Origin: the human T2T-CHM13v2.0 reference genome, Homo sapiens
Assembly: GCF_009914755.1 (NCBI RefSeq)
Contig: NC_060928.1
Strand: one strand, 5' to 3'
DNA length: 64,000 nt
In this document: positions 60,373-64,000 of the stretch, in pieces
Numbering within the stretch: position 1 is the first letter of the stretch
Layout: each line of letters starts with the position of its first letter
Notes under the pieces: generated by a model
Database searches by the model: none
The model's input: the letters and a program-made list of their open reading frames with translations, nothing else
Told to the model about the DNA's origin: nothing
Program-made: the position numbers and the translations under genes

Positions 60373-61049
60373 TCAATCTGTATTTGGGTGCCATAAGACT
60401 GTGCCTTTATTTTCTGATTTAGAATGGAAGGGGGAAATGGATAGAATGAACTATTCTTATTTAAGAAAGTTATATAAGAATATTACAAAAATAAATGTTC
60501 AAAAAATATTCCACAGTATGACTTTGAAGAGGTGCCCAGAGCATTAATTCAACATAAAAATGGCAGAGACGAATGGCTGATTATATAAGTCTGTATTATG
60601 TTTCTAGGTCCTGTCACGCCTGTCAGTGGGCTTGATAACTACCAGAATTAGGGCTCGAAAGCTGCCTGATGTATGAAAATGTCTCCATGGCACAACCTAG
60701 AGTAATTCTGTGGCTTAAGGGAAAAAAAAATATTCCAATCCAAAAGAAAGCCACCGTGACAGATTTTCAAAGATCTCTCGCCAATCTCAGAATCTCTCAG
60801 TGGAATTTGGGAAAAAGGTTACCTATGTAAAAATATCAACAAGAATAGAATAAATAAATATGAGACTTATATTCATCTCTCATTATGAAAAACCTCAGAT
60901 TGTGAGGCAGCAGCAGCCATTCTATTTACAAGGAAGTGCAAATAATCAAGTCCCTAATACCACAGATATTTAGAGTATTTGGCAAGAGGTACTCACTAGG
61001 ATTTAATCATAACATTGGAATTCTCCCCAACTCAAAAAGACTTCTTCAA

Positions 61050-61235
61050 ACTCAAGGATTCTTGATTCATGGCCTGGGGTCCATGAATAGGCTCCAGGGA
61101 AGTACATAAATTTATATAATAAATAGTGTGGGGACATGGATTTTATATCTTGCAAAGAATGTATATAGATTTTAAGATTTATCAGTTTTGCAAAGGGACT
61201 CGTGAATTTCTTCTTAAAAAGAAACAACAACTGTT
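61050..61235 (+). mobile_element. hAT-Charlie MITE (MER117-like)
   Basis: cctggggtccatgaataggctccaggg...atcagttttgcaaagggactcgtga...acaactg. Confidence 0.5.
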
Positions 61236-61789
61236 TTGGGTTCTGACACAATGAAATCTTTTTATTTGTTCTAGTTTTTCTGCTTTAAGGGTCTCCCTTT
61301 AATAAGTTTAACAAGGCCATATGAGATACTTAAGATGTTTCAACATTGCCATCCACCTAGTCACCAGTGACTTTCTCTTTCACTTATAAATGACCCTCAA
61401 CAGAGTATAGTTCATAATATCCCATCTCCACTCTTAATCAATGTTGGATGTGATTATTTGTATCTTTTGCAGTGACTACATCTCAGTATTTTATTAGAGG
61501 GGGTCATTCCACAGCTGCCCAGAATTCTCATTCATTTAGCAGTCATCAAACTGACTACAAAATACTTTTCTAAAAAGAATCTTTTTCTCATGTTCTCCCT
61601 TTTTATTGTATCCATCTTCCTTTCAGACACAGTATAATGTCAAAAAAAAGGAGCATCTCAGTAATGTTTCTGACGGAAATGATGAGTTTTAATGCAAATA
61701 AGAATAGTTTGCCTTTACAAAGCAACTGTGTCTCAAATTATTCTACATGTTCTCTCTTACATTATTTCTTTTATCACCAACATATAGCA

Positions 61790-62000
61790 TAATATTTAAT
61801 ATCTCAGCTTTTGGAGTTACCAGCTTTGAATCCCAGTTACCAGCTGTGTGACTTTGAGAAATTTTCTTAATTTCATCAGAAAACTGAGCCTAACAATATA
61901 GTATCTACGTCATAGTTTATTTGGAAAAAATAAAATAAGAAAATGGGCACAAAGCACTGGCACTGATATATAGAAATGTTTAGTACGTGGTAACTTTTTT
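61790..62000 (+). mobile_element. MIR SINE
   Basis: tttgaatcccagttaccagctgtgtgactttgag...aaagcactggcac. Confidence 0.6.
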
Positions 62001-62939
62001 AAAAGATTAAAACATCATATGTGTTATACCTAAAGAAATGTTTCATCTGCAGTAGGGCAGGTCTCATTTACAGGGCCAGGCCCAAGGGACCAAGTAGAAC
62101 AAAAGGATTAGACCAGCTAAACCATACAGTTCTAATGAGTAAACAACAGGGGCAGTCCTGTCGGTGGAGTGGGTTGGACAGCAGGCAGCAGGCAGAGCTC
62201 CAGGACAGAGCAGGTGCAGAGTTCCACTTCAGAGTCGTGCAGCTTTAGGCGCTAGACATGCAGCTTCAGTAAGCAGAGTTCAGGTTTAGCATCCACTCTG
62301 ACCTCTTTTAAGAAAATTTATGAAATCTCAAGTAACTAACACACTGAAGGACTTTGTTTAGTAAACAAGGCGCAGCATCAGATTGTGTCCACCTAGAAAG
62401 ATGATTTGATACTCGATGACTAATTACTGGACTCCTAGGATCTCCCTGTCAAAGGCCATAATTGGCACAGAAATGGGAGATAAGATTGGACAGGCAGGTG
62501 TTAAGTGGTCCCAGCTGCCAGTGGTAGAAGCCAAGTAGATCATTATTCCACAAACATTTACAATTGGCTTTCCATTGCCAAAAATTAACAATAATAAAAT
62601 ATCTACACCATTGCCTTGGGGATTTCTACTAGTCTCACTTCACAAACCTACTATTGTTATCCTACCTGATCTCCATTATGGAGCATACATCTCAGAGCTG
62701 CTTCATATTCTCTGCCCTCTGGCTCTCTAAGCCTCATGTTTTTGGACTGTTTCTTGCTAACCTAGATCAACTGACTTGGAAGTTGGATCACACTTCATCT
62801 TTGCACCAGTTCTTTTTAAACTGACCTCTCACATTTTGGCCCCAACTCTCAAGGCCTCAAATTTGGACCGGAGACCCAAACTCTAACTCCCCCTAGGGAA
62901 CAGGTAAAAAAAAAAGTGTCCAGAAAAGGGCACCAAATT

Positions 62940-63200
62940 TAGAGGCAGAAAAATTTGATTTGAGTCTAAGCTGTGCCACTAACAAGCAATATAGCTTTGG
63001 ATAATAACAGCTAACATGGACTGAGCTGTTAATAATTAAATAACATTTAATCCTCACAAAACTCTGAGGTAAATTATATTATTATCTCCAGTTTACAGTT
63101 GAGGAGACTGAGACACAGAGAGGCTAAATATGTCGCCTAAGGTAACGAGGCTAGGATGCAGCAGGATTATTACTTAATGTCAGGCAGTTCAGGCTACCAA
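62940..63200. mobile_element. Nested or adjacent MIR fragments on both strands
   Basis: gctgtgccactaacaagc (+) and catttaatcctcacaaaactctgaggta...ttacagttgaggagactgagacacagagaggctaa (-). Confidence 0.65.
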
Positions 63201-64000
63201 ACAATAGCAACATGTCTTTATGTCCCTTAATTTCTTTCAGAGATGGAAATGCTTATAAAGCCAGCCTTCTGGGGTGAGGGGTTGTGAGCCTAGAACCCCA
63301 CAGAGTGTTAAAAGTGAAAATGGGATATGGTCTCTGTGCGTCATATATACATAGAGCATTTCTCTTTATTATTGTTTTCTCTTTATCAGTTTTAACTTTT
63401 TCAGTATTTTTACTACCCAGAAATCATGGTTTTGTTATTCTTCCTTTTTCTACCTTTAAAGAAATAGTTTCTTTGTAATAAAAAATTATATATCTTCCTC
63501 CCTAATCACTTGCTTTGGCACATTTAGAGACAGAATTTTACTGTGTCTGATCTTCCCTACATCTTCTGCTGAGGGAATATTCTTTCCTGATTCATAATTT
63601 TATGATCATTCAAAAGAGCAATCTGTTATAACAGGACATCTCATACCACAGCTCTGCTTTAAACCATTATTTAATTTTTCCAGGCTTCTAAAACTTTCAC
63701 TTAATGTCTTTAGCCTTATGCTAATAGTTGTTCTTATTGTATAAATTGCCACCCTCTGTTGACATTTTTCTGGCTGTACACTCCTGCTTTCCAGCATTAG
63801 ACCTTTAAATACAACCTTTGCTGCTTCATCCTCTTCATTTCATTCTTCTCATTGATGGATTTTGTTTTGTTTTGTTTTTGCAGCCCTTTTCACTTTAATG
63901 GATCATTTCCCTCCCACTAGTTTGGAAAAGTAGACCAGTAGAATTCAAAATTACTACTGTAGAGAGATTCCCTAAAGGAACAACTCCTGTTGAGATGAGA

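Noticed and set aside
62020-62260. GC-richer patch, possibly an ancient Gypsy-like LTR (similar patch at 47550-47940)
   Set aside because: Could not match a family or define termini by eye.

Overview
AT-rich, repeat-dense primate genomic DNA. An L1PA2-type insertion points to human or another great ape; the chromosome cannot be identified from sequence alone. I find no credible protein-coding gene, RNA gene or CpG-island promoter. The long ORFs in the track are decayed LINE-1 ORF1/ORF2 pieces, Alu or LTR read-throughs, or chance ORFs. The window holds two near-full-length old L1PA elements (about 5.6-11.3 kb and 22.9-28.9 kb), a young 5'-truncated L1PA2, and two complete MaLR proviruses (THE1C/D and MSTA). 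It also has solo LTRs (MSTB, MLT1A0, MLT1G/H, MER11C), an ERVL-like internal remnant, several Alus, hAT/mariner MITEs, and many MIR/L2 relics. The most unusual structure is a ~240-bp inverted duplication that I could not match to any repeat family (17530-17767 vs 19321-19570, about 91% identical, 1.55-kb spacer). Its left arm sits in a half-deleted MADE1, between direct repeats and templated junction fragments. Subfamily names come from remembered consensus sequences, not from a search, and boundaries without target-site duplications (TSDs) are approximate.
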